Source of the DNA: Oopsacas minuta
Taxonomy: Eukaryota; Animalia; Porifera
NCBI GenBank assembly: GCA_024704765.1
Contig: JAKMXF010000313.1
Coordinates: 62,001 to 126,000 of the forward strand
Length of the DNA stretch: 64,000 bases
Direction: 5' to 3'
How positions within the stretch are numbered: position 1 is the stretch's first letter; each line of letters opens with the position of its first letter. Positions 51,400 through 64,000 of the stretch are shown in pieces. Made by a program: the position numbers and the translations under genes. A model generated the notes under the pieces. That model did no database searches. It saw only the letters and a program-made list of their open reading frames with translations, and was not told the origin of the DNA.

Positions 51400-52177
51400 T
51401 ATTGAGATTGATGAGTATAATTTAGTGACGCTTTGATATTTCTAGAACAAGGCTGGATTCAAATAACTCAGGATTAGTGTAGTTTAATATATCGCCTATT
51501 AAGGTTTCAATTTCTCGTATATCGGTTAATCGACTGAAACTCAGAGGAACTTGGTGTTGGCAACAAACTGCTGAAACTGTTAAATCTGAATGAATTGATA
51601 AGGTAGATAGAATATGTATAGACTGATTGGCGAATTCCAGCTGTATGATCTCTAAGGTATTACTAGAGGAGTACCAGATCGCCCAATCTTGGGTAAGGTG
51701 TAACTCTGGCAACTTAATTTTAAGATCCTCAAAATTCCCCAAACCGAACCGTAATGAATCTTGTTGATCTTGTATAATTCTATCGTGAAGAGCTTTAGCA
51801 AAGTTTTCTTCTTCCTTAGATTCAAGATTTAAACGCTTTGCTATTTGACCAGTTGTATTCAAATATGATGGGCCTGCTTGGAAATAACAGGCACTGCGTT
51901 CGGACGATAAATTGGTCTAATGCGTGGTATTTCGGAGTAGCTACCACCAGCTTGGAGTGCCCGGTCAACGCGGATAAGATCTTCCTCCCTAAAATGGTGT
52001 ATGCAAATGAATATTTTATCCTCTGGAAGGTCTTCGGCTAGATCCCTATGAAGAGCTTATATCCACTTCTCATTCAAGTCTTTTGATCCTTTCGGTAAAC
52101 TGAAAACAATTCCAGTGGGGTATCGGTGACCTCTGGATTTGGTTTTGTACCCAAAATACAGAACATGTATTTGGCAT
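51400..52177 (-). pseudogene. THAP-domain (P-element-like) relic
   Basis: MPNTCSVF...FSLPK...KWI*ALHR...IFICIHHF...RPNAVP is the C2CH THAP pattern with W and AVP. Followed by ORF 51422..51862. Confidence 0.7.
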
Positions 52178-54249
52178 TAAGAAGTGTCTAAAAATACATG
52201 TGAATAAAAGAAAAAGGTAAAATGAAGAAGGAGGAAATGTATTGACGAAAAATCAGGGAATTTAGATCACCAGAAAGTTCCCGATAAAATATAGCATAGA
52301 ATATTCACTAGTATTCATACTGTTGCCATACACCGCAAAATAATTCATGCCGGTTATAAGAACACTCTTAAAGTAGTAGTCTAATTGGTTCTCAGTATAA
52401 TTCGCATCGCTTAGCTCTAAATAGGAAAAAAAGGCAGATCTTGGCGTCATCTAGCCAAAAGATACAACTTGGACCACATCTGGCTATCCTAATGGTAAGG
52501 GACATGCACTATTAATGTTGCTAAATACTCAACAAGTACATTTCAAAACTATCTTACACAGGATTCATTAGTTGCTCAGAAATATTCTAAATTTAAGATA
52601 TATGAGCGCGGTTCGCTTGCACGCGCTACGCAGTTGCGAACACTTCGTGTCCACACTAGCACTCGGGTCTACGGCCCTCCAGTACATAAACTCATAATCT
52701 TAACCTTAGCAAACATGATGTGAATGCCGGTGTAACAGCCTAGATTAACCTCCCAACTCAGTTTAACCCCGGTATAGTCTGGGCTAGCCCAGAGTATATA
52801 CTTTAGCCTAGATTATGCCCTCAGAAGGGGAGGTATTAAAAAGTACTGTGCGGATGTTCATTAGGTCAGGTCGGGCGGCCAATGCCGCCCCACTATTATC
52901 ATACTAACATAGGCTGCCCACTTTCCATGGGCTTCCAACGGTCCTGTATTAGGTGCAGTCAGTGCTAGAGCACATGTGTATTAATTAATTAATAAATATA
53001 ATTATTATTTATCAGTAGCAACTTGGAATGCATAATTTGATATTTTATTTAATTCATGATCCGATTGATGTTCGTTTCCTGAGCTTAGAATTCTGTTTTG
53101 TATATCTGAGTAATCAATATTTATTATTGAATATGCATAATGCATTACATTTGTAATAGACTAATAGTGCTGAATTGCCCAAGTATTGGAGAAGATTCGA
53201 TTAATAGAGATTCATGTGTTCATAGTAGGCGTGTATTATACAGATTAAGTTATATTAGACTGCTTTTCAGATGACAGTTATTCCACTCAAGTATATACTC
53301 TACCAATCTTGCTGAATAATTTCTTACTATAATTTGTACAAATTAGTATTACCAAGGCAACGTTAGAGAGCATTTAGCTAATGCGATTGCAACGTTTCCA
53401 AAGGTAACGGGAGAATCTGTAGGAGTTGTCTACTCCTGGATGGGACAATTATCAGTTTTGGGAAGCGATACTTATCGGCAGCATGTTTCTGAAACTAAAG
53501 AACTAATTTGGCGAGCTTAACATTTGAACGCTCTGTGCTCGGAGACTCAACAGTTGTTCGAGATCATTATAAAGAAGATGAAATGATGGACCTGATGAAA
53601 CAAGATCCACACACACATAATGTCCAGGCGTTAAGAAAGATTTTATCATGGGGAACTCAAAAGATGAACAGTTAGTTTCCTGTTTTTCCTTACCCATGGT
53701 TTTGGAAGTCACCCTTTGTTGTTATTCCGTGGTTGGAATAATTTGGTAATACGTATATCATATATTAATTGTAGGAAAACCGCGGAATTTTGGGGGGAAA
53801 AGTGAACTCCGGCCAATATTTTGGCCCAAGGAAATTCCATTTCTCGAGCGATCAAAGAATATGGGCAGAACTACTTTGCTATCGGTTATCAAATCGATGC
53901 GCGAAACTTTTCTCCAGATCTATCTGATAGTTTTAGAGACAGGTCACCTTTACATTATCAAAGGAAGATATTTAGATTCAGACTTGGATGACGAGAATAC
54001 ATATAATCCAACTTATCATTCACCTTCCTCTGCGAAGTTCGACGTGCAAATATCTCGAAATACTTCTCCCGAGAAATGCCCATTGTCTCCACTATATCTT
54101 GGTGAATCGATCCATTCAAATCCAATTACCATATCAGAACAGCAACTCGATCACTCACCCTTCACCTCCCCTCAGTCTCTTTCGGATACATCTGTAGTTT
54201 CAATGGCTGGATAATCAGCAGCAAAGGCTTTAACTCCATTAAATGTAAC

Positions 54250-54985
54250 ATTTTTGAGACTTTTAGACGAGAAAGTAAGGAATGGCTGTCTTAAAGAGCT
54301 ATCGAATGACAAAACCTTTCTTAGTGGTGTGACTATCAACACCTTTGGGGTAAGTTCTCTCTATAATTTTATTATATTATACTTCAATACCATTTATAAC
54401 CTACGTGCGCGCTTCGCTTCGCTAATTTTGTATATACTTCCTAACTTCAGGGCTTGTCTTTCCATAAGGAGAACTAGTCGTTCGATATAGCGGTATAATA
54501 TTTGGATTAAGGGAAATTTTACCCTATGAATCCTGAAAATTGGTGAAGGGGCCGAAATTTGGAATATGACTCAAGGAATGGTACTACAAGTTAGATACCC
54601 CGAAATTGCCGTTTGAAATCAAGTTTCTACTATACGTGTCTTTGCAATTGTAGTTAGTATCGCATTGGCGGATGGTTTAGAACCAAGTATATTGAGATGG
54701 AACGAGGGAAATATAAGATGTCACCTGCGTAATTACATTATTTCTGACAAATTATTACCCCTGCCTACAATTTCTGAAATATTCTGTCACGGATGAAGGT
54801 TAATAAGAAGTTGGAATATATAATTGAACTTTGGTGTATTTGTCGTCTACCTTAGTTCGCTTTCAAGAATATGGTGAATTGTCAAGTGTGTACTCAATGG
54901 GTTTCACAAACCATGTGTTAGCGTACTGGATATTACACAAATAGTTTTCTCGTTCATGTGTAAAAGTTGTAACAGCAAAAAGAGT
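54250..54985 (+). pseudogene. Ulp1/C48 SUMO-protease + PHD finger gene relic (unit 2 partner)
   Basis: CLKELSNDKTFLSGVTINTF; EYDS; VFAIVVSIALADGLEPSILRWNEGNIRCHL...LPLP. Then a complete PHD across one stop and one frameshift: WCICRLP...MVNCQVCTQWFHKPCV...FMCKSC. Confidence 0.75.
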
Positions 54986-55673
54986 TTAGTAAAGATAATA
55001 TAAAGTATACTTGTTAATTTAATACAATTTATTCATTATTCATGAATAGCGTAATAGCTACTAACACATTAGTTTTCGTAATTCTTGTTCATTCAAACAG
55101 TATAAAAAATATCGTACATTGTGGAATATGTTTTCGATCCGATTAAAGATACTTGAGTGGTTATTCTCCTTAGTGTAGAGAACAACTGCTCGCAAACTTG
55201 AGAGTTTATTCTCAGGAATTCATGACTCTTCACTGACTTCAAAGAATAAGCTGGATTGCAGCAATGATTCTTCCAGTGAAAGCGATCAACCAAGAATGTA
55301 GTATCTTTGAAAAGTTTGGGTTCCCTAATGATAATATAGAAGTTATTATTATATAATGGTAGTAAGTACGTATGCTTAGCACTTTAAGAGCATTACATAG
55401 ATTAAATTAAAAATCTTAGAGATGGTATACGACTGTGCGTATTTTGTATATTAATTCTAACCTGATGATACATGTATTGTGTAGATTGCAACCATTGTCG
55501 TATATTATAATCTGAGGGGGCTTTTTGAACAACGTCAGAACTCAGGAGTAGGTTAAATACTGTAGTTGTAGATTCTTTACTACGAAGTATTTGAAATCCA
55601 TAGCACACTTTATGTTTACAGACAATAACTAACAGTCCTGGTGATAACCTTTGATGATTCGGATATATTTTTG

Positions 55674-56063
55674 CAGGGCTGGATTCGGTTAGCGGGTTAA
55701 CCAAACGAATATACCAGTTAACTGCTAGGATAAAATATATTCGGTTAACCGAAAAGTGTCATTTCAACCAAAATGTTTAGTATTCCTAAGTTTGAGAGAT
55801 GCGAAATAAAATATACACGAATTTTGCTCGTTTGGTATTTATGAGATGTTACATTTTAGGTCTGTATTCTAAAATTTCAATAATTTAGAAAGATAACATC
55901 GCATCACGATTGTATATATAATAGCTATGTATTGATATTATCAATTTTAGTCACTAAACTTCATTGATTGTATTAAGAATAAATGCAGTGGTTAACGAGT
56001 TAACCGCTATTATCGAAACGGTTTTAACCACCTCCTTAATTCGGTTAACCAACCCCAGCCCTG
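55674..56063. mobile_element. MITE inserted in a KDZ exon
   Basis: TIR CAGGGCTGG / CCAGCCCTG with a 7-bp duplication ATTTTTG. Removing it restores GCTKIYPNH. Confidence 0.85.
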
Positions 56064-57751
56064 ATTTTTGTACATCCATTATATTTCTCTTCGTTATCAT
56101 CTTCATACATCGGATCTAAGGGTTCAATATATTTGAAAGTTTGCACTATAGGATTTATATTATGTTCTCAATAGATGCATTATATTGGACAAATAGTTGA
56201 ATACAATTATATAATACCTACAACGTTTGTTATCGCTGGAAAGTATTTATCTAGAGTGTCTTTTGATGGGGAAGCCTCTACTGTCTTCCGTCCTTCTCTA
56301 TAGTTATTGAGTGATTCAATCTTGGATAGAATAGCCATTAGGACACCAGCAAGAATAGGATGAAGGGTGAATCCTGTACTAGTAGTACATTGTTCTTTAA
56401 CTGCACCAAACGAGCTAAGGAATAGCCTTAGAGTATGCAATTTTTCGAAAATCTCATTAAGCAGACATGCACCAATTTGATTAATTCAAGAGAGAGTAGC
56501 AATAGCTTTCTTCTCGCACTCGCTAAGGATAGATACAGGAAAAACGCCAGAAATTGGTTCTGATCTGGAGAATAGTTCCAAAATAGCTTTAGCGTTAGGA
56601 TAAGTCGGATTAATCACATTGATCTCATCAATTACATTGTTAGCGTAAATGTTGTACTCTGTAATTTCTTCAAACTCTAAAGAATTTACCATAGTGTGAA
56701 ACTCGCTTTCACCCAATCCAAATGAATAGTAACTTTTGATCAATTTTCTGGTTTGTAGATCAGATACCAATACCCTGTTTGATAATGGGACAAACGATAA
56801 CCTCTGATCTTCCAGGTATTCTTCAACTGTATTCGGGAGTTCCTTAACTGTTCACATTGTTATGCCATCCATAATTAAGAATTCTGGAGCTTCTTGGCAT
56901 AATGAGCAAATATAGCTTGTCTTATAGTTAATGTCTAACATACGTATGTACCCATTCCATCCATGCTGTAGTATATGATAACTGAAGGTGAGTTCCCTTC
57001 CCATTCTCTCAAATTTATTATTCTTTACTCTGAACACTATAAAGAGTAACCAGATCAACTTTCTAAAATGAATTTGATTTAATTGGTTATATAATTATGA
57101 CTACCGACCGTAATAGATCACTTTCAATCGATATGTATTTCTTTTGTTATTTTGGTATTCGATTGAGTACATAACCAACGGACAAAAAGTATCTAAAATA
57201 CATACCTCATGTATCCATGTAGTGTATTCCGAGACATCGTCATAAACTCGCTGTATTTAAATAATACTCCATAGTGGATGAAATAGCGATTATTCACATT
57301 CAGCAGTAAATATTTATTTCCTTCAAACACAAAGGTGCATCTACAACTTCCTTCACAAGTAGATGTATACACTAAAAATTGAGTAAATAAGCTAGCTTGA
57401 ATATTAAAGGACAAATAAAGAATATATACTATGTAGTATATAATTAAATAACATACCTGTATGTTCTTTTAAATCGAGGACATCATTTTCTGTGTATATA
57501 ATGATTCCTTTTTTTGCTAGGACTAGACTTTTGGCTACATATTTATGTCCTTGTTCACAATGCGAAATATCTGGTTCAAGGTTTGGGGTAGAAATAATCT
57601 TCGTCTTAACTGTCCATTATATATAATGGCCTGGTTCTTACTAAGTTTAAAAGGAATATATTGTTTAGATGTGGTAGAATTATCAAGAGGTTTCTGAGGA
57701 GCGGGTAACTGATCATTGTATCCTGCCATAATTGCCTGTAGAGTTTACACA

Positions 57752-57987
<236 letters not shown>

Positions 57988-58333
57988 AATTGTCGCAAAA
58001 CCACTTCATTTCTTTCCTATATAGGCAATGATAGCCATTCTTCATCAAAAAATTGTGTTTTGCACCTAATGTGTAGTAAGTACGGCCAGCGTGGGATTTG
58101 GATTCGGAATTGTTTAAGGTTTGGAATTCCAAACACAATTGTATGCTTGGTAATGTGAGGAAGAATTCGTATGACAAGAATAAGCATTTCATCAGGCAAG
58201 TTTCGATCAAAACTTTTTTCTTGGTCAATATGACTTCACCTAGAAAATGAAAACATGAATTGAAACACAATAGGATGGGATCTGGGAGTTCATATTCCGA
58301 ATGTTGTGTGCAAATTATTACAAGGCTGCCAAG

Positions 58334-58462
58334 CAGTGCTCGACAAAATTGAATACATGGTAGCTAACTTAGCCACCACCTCCATAACTAAGTAAAATTT
58401 TTGGTGGCTTAAGGAAAATTATGGTGGCTATAGCCACCAGATCAACGGATTTATCGAGAATG
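58334..58462. mobile_element. Short hAT-type MITE
   Basis: CAGTGCTCGACAAA / TTTATCGAGAATG with an 8-bp TSD CTGCCAAG. Confidence 0.7.
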
Positions 58463-59589
58463 CTGCCAAGATGTGTGATATAGTATTATGGATTTGTCCG
58501 CAGTAGAATTAAATATACTTGTATAACATTTAGGCTCTGTTCTGATTGATGAAGTTCGGATTAGCGAGGGTTACTGTCGTTAGATATAGGTGTCATGCCA
58601 TTGATTATTTCAAAATCTGACATGAATACCACAGAGCAATCTTGGAAACACCAAGCCTTCTGTTTATCAGCAAGCAGATGTACATATTGATCTAGTATTG
58701 GAATAGTTAGCTCATCTTGTGAAAAGATTTCAGTGTATACTTCTTTCTTGAGATGACCTAAAAAAAGTATATTAGGTAATGTCGTGTTAAATAGTATAGC
58801 ATTCCATGGAAATGTGCCTTTTCAATACTTGGCACAATTTCAAACCGTTCTTCTGATATTGTGATGTCTACTGGCGAAACATTCGTCTTCAAAATTCAAT
58901 TCTTTTAATGTTGAGGGTTGTTGCAGTAATGTCAAATTTCTCCTCAACTATTCTTCGTTTCCTCGGATGTGGGTGTTTAATTTCAAAAGTTGAGGTAGAG
59001 ATATTTTCGGCCATATTTATATGGGTGAGGAGGATGAGACAGATTATTTCTTATTGTATGAGACAATCAGAGACTTAGTCCAGAGTACTATACTATATCG
59101 GAATACGTACAATTCGTGATATTACTATTTCTGACCTACATTCACAATATATATGCATACAGCAAATTGAATAATTATTTTTGCATTGTTCCGATACTGT
59201 TGATGAATATACGACTCCTATTGATAAAAGAATAGTTAGTAGGTTCTATTCAGAAAGAAACCCGCAATTACCTGTTTAATAGTTAACGGACATGCGCACA
59301 GTACTTTTTAATATATGCAAAAGGGGGTTAATCTAGGCTAGCCTAGATTAACCACAGGTATAGTCCGGGCCAGCCCAGATTCTAGCGCGAAGTTAATGGT
59401 GAACAAATTATGATGTTATCTGCTCGTAGAATACAAGCAATGCATGTGGCGGCGACACTTACAATGTCTATATTTGTGTTTCAACTATTATAAATATAGG
59501 AGGGCATATTAACTTGTTTGATCTACCAATTATATTCACTACATTGTTTTGATTGATGATCAAGTCTACAATGAAATATTGCATTTTTT

Positions 59590-60475
59590 ATGTCCAAAGA
59601 AAACAAATATCCAAGAGAGATCTATAAACTTCCAGCTAAAAAGCCAGTCAATGCGAAATCACAATTCGGACCGACTGTTAAGCCATATACTTTGAAGGAT
59701 GAGGTTCTTATGCATGCTGAAAAGCAAGTCTTACGAAAAAGTGGAATGGACGCAGTACTCAAAATGTGTCATGATAACCCTGTAACCAGTGGTCATTTTG
59801 GTAGTGACAAAAACTACCAGAAGATCGCATCAAGATTCTACTGGAAAGGTAAATATTTACTAATACTTAATTTAACATTCAATCCGGGAGCAAACTTTCG
59901 CACCCAATGGGTAGCGCAATGCCACTGTTGGCATATTAAAGCTTAAGTAAATTCCTTAATTAGGCGATGCTAACTTACCTACAATCAATTGTTAGACAGT
60001 TGTTAATACATTTGGGTTTATTTTCAATAGATTTTGTCAAATTTCCCAAGATTCGGGATTGTAAACAGACAAATTTCACTTTCATGATTCCTAAATGTAT
60101 TTTTAGGTATGAAGCAATAAATTGAAATATATTGTAAAATGGATCGTCTTCTGCTGTCTTCGATACGCGTACCATCTCAAGTATGGAGTCTTGTAGGAAT
60201 TGATCCCATTGGCCCTTACAATAGACTACAAGTGGCAACAAATATATTGTAGCTATTTCGGACCACTTTTCCAAGTGGTCAGAAGCTATTGTCATTCCTC
60301 ACAATACTTCTAAATCTGTAGCTGATTTTCTATACATAGTAGTTTGCAGATTGGGATGTATGGACACACTGATAAGTGATCAAGGAAGAGAGTTTGTGAA
60401 CGAAGTTATTGATTATCTTCTTGACATTCTACAGACTGAGCATCGAATTTCTTCTGCTTATCATCCTGAAACAAA
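59590..60475 (+). pseudogene. Ginger/GIN-like (Gypsy-integrase-like) transposase relic with a spliceosomal intron (59849..60106)
   Basis: CHDNPVTSGHFG...RFYWKG|MKQ*IEIYCK; VWSLVGID.IGP; DHFSKWSEA; LISDQGREFVN; SAYHPET. GT-AG phase 1 intron. No RT or RNase H upstream. Confidence 0.7.
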
Positions 60476-61199
60476 ATATTATTGTTTAAATTTATGCCAC
60501 GTTTGACCATGCTACAAATTAGTATAATTAGTTTCCAAGAAAAGGTATTTTCGAAAATTAAGCGAATATTTGGACTAAATTGTCCACGAATAGAATACGC
60601 TCTCAAGGCTTATTCATGGAAATACTGTAGTTTGAATATAGAGCGCGCCCACATCTTTTTTGAAAAATCACCACTACCGACAATATTAACCATATTTACT
60701 GGCAGAAACTAAGAAATGCGTCATTATATTACAAATGCTTATGGTGATGGCACTTTTGAACGAGCGAGACAATATTTTCTAGTGTTCAGGTAGATTTGTC
60801 CTCCGTCTAGAGATGTATGTGACAAGAGTTAGCACGATTGTACTTCATAAGAAATAAAATGCTTCAAACTCAGACAAATTCGTCCCATACACGGACTCCG
60901 AACAAATGGCTCCAAGTCCTGAGGGCAAGCAACCCTAATTATATAGTCAATGTATAGTTAGCCCTACCAGCGATCCACTGGCCTTAGCTTGGCCCTACCA
61001 AATAGTTGGAAATTGACAGATATATAAAGTATTAAGTCTGCTCAAAATACCAATTGTAATTTGTATTACAGAATTTGCAATGTCATTGTGGCATGAGAAG
61101 GTGTGATGGGGATAAATTATTGAATAAAGAAAGCTCCACACTAGATTAAAGTACTCAGATCAATTGGTCGCAAATTGACAGATTTATTAGTCTTAAGTT

Positions 61200-61560
61200 G
61201 TGCTCATATTTCAACTTGCATTTCGTGGATCATCGCTCAGGATAGGCGACCTGCACGACGGTAATTTTCTAGGTTTGCTAGAACTCTTAGTGCATTATGA
61301 CCCTCTACTGAAAGAGCACGTCACTAAAGTCAAAGTTTCACAACAAAGGGGGAACGATTACAGGCTACTACCTTTCACCAGAATCTCAAAATGAGTTCAT
61401 AAGTATTTATGCTGTTAATGTTAGGAGATATGTTTTACGTTTTGGATGAAAGAGAGAGCGCAAAGTACTACTCCATCATGGTTGATTCCACCCCTGATGC
61501 TTCTCACATAGAACAAACGACATTCATCCTTACTTGGAAAGAGTGAATTAGAGTTTCATC
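61200..61560 (+). pseudogene. hAT (DUF4371) fragment
   Basis: LAFRG...GNFLGLLELL..YDPLLKEHV...YLSPESQNEFI...YYSIMVDSTPDASHIEQTTFIL. Confidence 0.8.
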
Positions 61561-63429
61561 GTCCAAGAACGCTTTCTGGCATAAAACGGGGATCGAGATT
61601 GCCAACTTAATCCTTTATTGTGCGATCAGGATAGGTCGAGTTGCAGGTGTTGCTAATTGTCGTACTCCCCACGGCGTGTATTAAATAGGCCATGGCGCCA
61701 TCTATATGGTCTATTCATTGTAGTCATTACAAATATACACTTTCTCATCATTCTTTGCTGTGTTTGCAAATGATACTGTCTCGCCGTTATTTACTACGTG
61801 TACTATCACGCTTTAACTGGCCCGTGAAAAGTTATGACTGACTATAACTTGCCAGGGCAGACCTGTTATGGCCGACTACAACTGGTCCACCCTTGCCATA
61901 ATTGGCCCGGCCGGCTGTAGTAGCCCCAGAGTATACCCGGGTATATTCTGGGCTATACCAGGTTATCCCGCCCTGGGATTATGTTCTGGGTTGTCCACTC
62001 CATACCGAGTATATTTGAGGACGGAGTATAATCTCGGCTGTTACACCGGACCAGTTTTAGTCGCTATAACTGGTCTGCCCAGACCAGTTCTGGTACCAAT
62101 AACTGATTCAAGAACATATCGGATATAAGACCATTCTCTGGAAAATTTTTCTCATATACTCTTGTATAATTATGGTTGTGAAGTTAGCAGCGATTTCATG
62201 TCATACTTGATACCTTGTAACTTTGTTAAGGTGGGCTCAATCGACATCCCATCTGTGTATACATGCTTATTTATAAATTTCTATTCATTGATATTCGACA
62301 CGAGTATGTGTAAGTGTAATATAACTGCTAACTGCTAACTAAATTTGTATATATTGTTCGTTGAGCACCTTTTCCTTAGTGCAGTGCAACCTATATAAGT
62401 GGGGTCTCTATAAATGGGGAACCTCTATAAGCGGGACACTTTTGGTCCATCCTCATTCATTTCCATAGAAACGAACCTCTATATGCGAGGAGTAGGGAAT
62501 GGGGCATACTTTAGAGGAAATTATGCCTCACACAATTGACATTTACCTCTACTATAAGTGAGGTATTCTACTACAAATTTTCTTGAATGAACATTTTTGT
62601 GCAAAATTTAGGGAAAAACTACGTATTTATCGCTATGATGAAATATTTTTTGGTTTCTCAGAAGAAAATTTATTGCAAATTTTATGTCCAACCAACAATC
62701 TTAGGGCATATTATAAGAATCTAATATCGGTGAAAAGAGGTCTTTGGAGGAAGTGGCTATACATATTGACTCGAATATCTCTCGTTCAAGGACATTTAAT
62801 TTCGAAATCATAAATAGGGAATGGTGGTTATCTGGAGATTCCCCGGCCCGACCTTCCCCACTTATAGAGGTTCTACTGTGTTTACTTTTAAGACAAGTTG
62901 GAAGTGGTTGAAATTGAGTATATTCGCGAATTTTGAACATAGATGACTCTACTTTTTTTAGTGATTATGTGTAATTATATTATCTTCCTAGAACAAGGAA
63001 TGATTTTTTGAACGATTTCCTTCATTGAGTGTGGTCTACTTTCTAACTACTTGCATATTTTGTTGACAGAGCTCAGTTACTAAACAAACTAACTATTGTG
63101 GTTCGTGTGAAGGCTTCACAATATGTACTTGGAGAGGAAACAAACTTTTCAACGTAATTTTAAGAAAATTCTAGAACACAATGACCTTGTTCAGTATTTT
63201 ACCTTATTAACTTTCTAAAGATTTACTTATTCCATTATTCAAGCCATTCAGTTTAAACCACGAACACAAATATTAGAAGATAAGGGTTTGCATTTGCGGC
63301 TCACTGCTAAATTGCGAGGGCCGCCAGTTTGACAGCTCTGCTATAAATATGAGTGTGCTTAATGACATAATTAATTAATTAATTAATATTATTCTACAAA
63401 TAACATTTACCATGCGTCATTAGGTAATC

Positions 63430-63615
63430 AATAGTGGAAGTAATTCCCGCGGATTAGAGGTTGTCTGCTCAGACCAAGTTTCTGATGTTATCAGACTCTA
63501 CATGACAGTGCTCTGCATCCTGGAATCAACCTACAATCAAGGCTGTCAAACACGAATATTTCTGGCCAGGGATGAGCAAAAATGTTAGAAATTATGTAAG
63601 TTTTGTGAATTTTTA
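63430..63615 (+). pseudogene. Integrase H2C2 fragment
   Basis: LHDSALHPGIN...HEYFWPGMSKNVRNYVSFCE. Confidence 0.6.
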
Positions 63616-63770
63616 AAATTGAAATGCTCATCCAAGTGATCCAACCGAGTTGATATCAATATTTTTCTTCATTGAGTTATTTACGGTACATAAATTGCTC
63701 GCTCTAACCGCTTTACAATATATTATTATAGTATGTGTTAGATTTGTCAGCATGGTTTTCCTTTAATTAA

Positions 63771-64000
63771 TCTATACTATTAAATCTCAATTGTTTGTTT
63801 GTCTGTGTGTTTGTTTGTCCGTTGTCAAGGAAAGGATTTACGGTATGCAATTGTAAAATTGTCGCATAACTATGTATTTATCGTGTTTATCAAGGAAGTA
63901 AAAAGAATTCAATAAAACTTCACTAAACATATCGAACATGCTGAATTCGATTTTCACACTTTTGGATTAATCATATGTAAATTCAATGTTGTTTTTATGA
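63771..64000 (+). mobile_element. Helitron-like family A copy (runs off the window)
   Basis: A^TCTATACTATTAAATCTCAATTG start, (TGTT)n, and the family body. Confidence 0.72.

Noticed and set aside
63590-63605. Intron (GTAAGT) in the second integrase fragment
   Set aside because: The sequence continues in frame as YVSFCE, matching the usual YV..C..C integrase motif.

Overview
AT-rich eukaryotic (animal-like) genomic DNA. It holds one intact host gene: a four-exon SEC63 on the minus strand (18519..50492, 741 aa, with the J-domain HPD motif and the Sec63/Brl domain). Its three GT-AG introns are 5.6, 7.0 and 17.1 kb. The rest of the window is transposon-derived: a near-intact DD37E Tc1-like element, nested mariners, a Chapaev3-like deletion derivative, several hAT and pogo relics, Gypsy and Ginger-like integrase relics, a THAP relic, many non-autonomous Helitron-like copies, MITEs and long fold-back elements. 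The most notable signal is a two-gene unit seen twice in diverged form (about 11.1-13.8 kb and 53-59 kb). In each, an intron-containing KDZ (Kyakuja-Dileera-Zisupton)-type transposase gene ends about 100 bp from a convergent gene encoding a Ulp1/C48 SUMO-protease plus a PHD finger. A third KDZ relic (384..700) shares the same intron. All family calls come from manual translation and recalled motifs; no database searches were run. Boundaries of degenerate relics are approximate.
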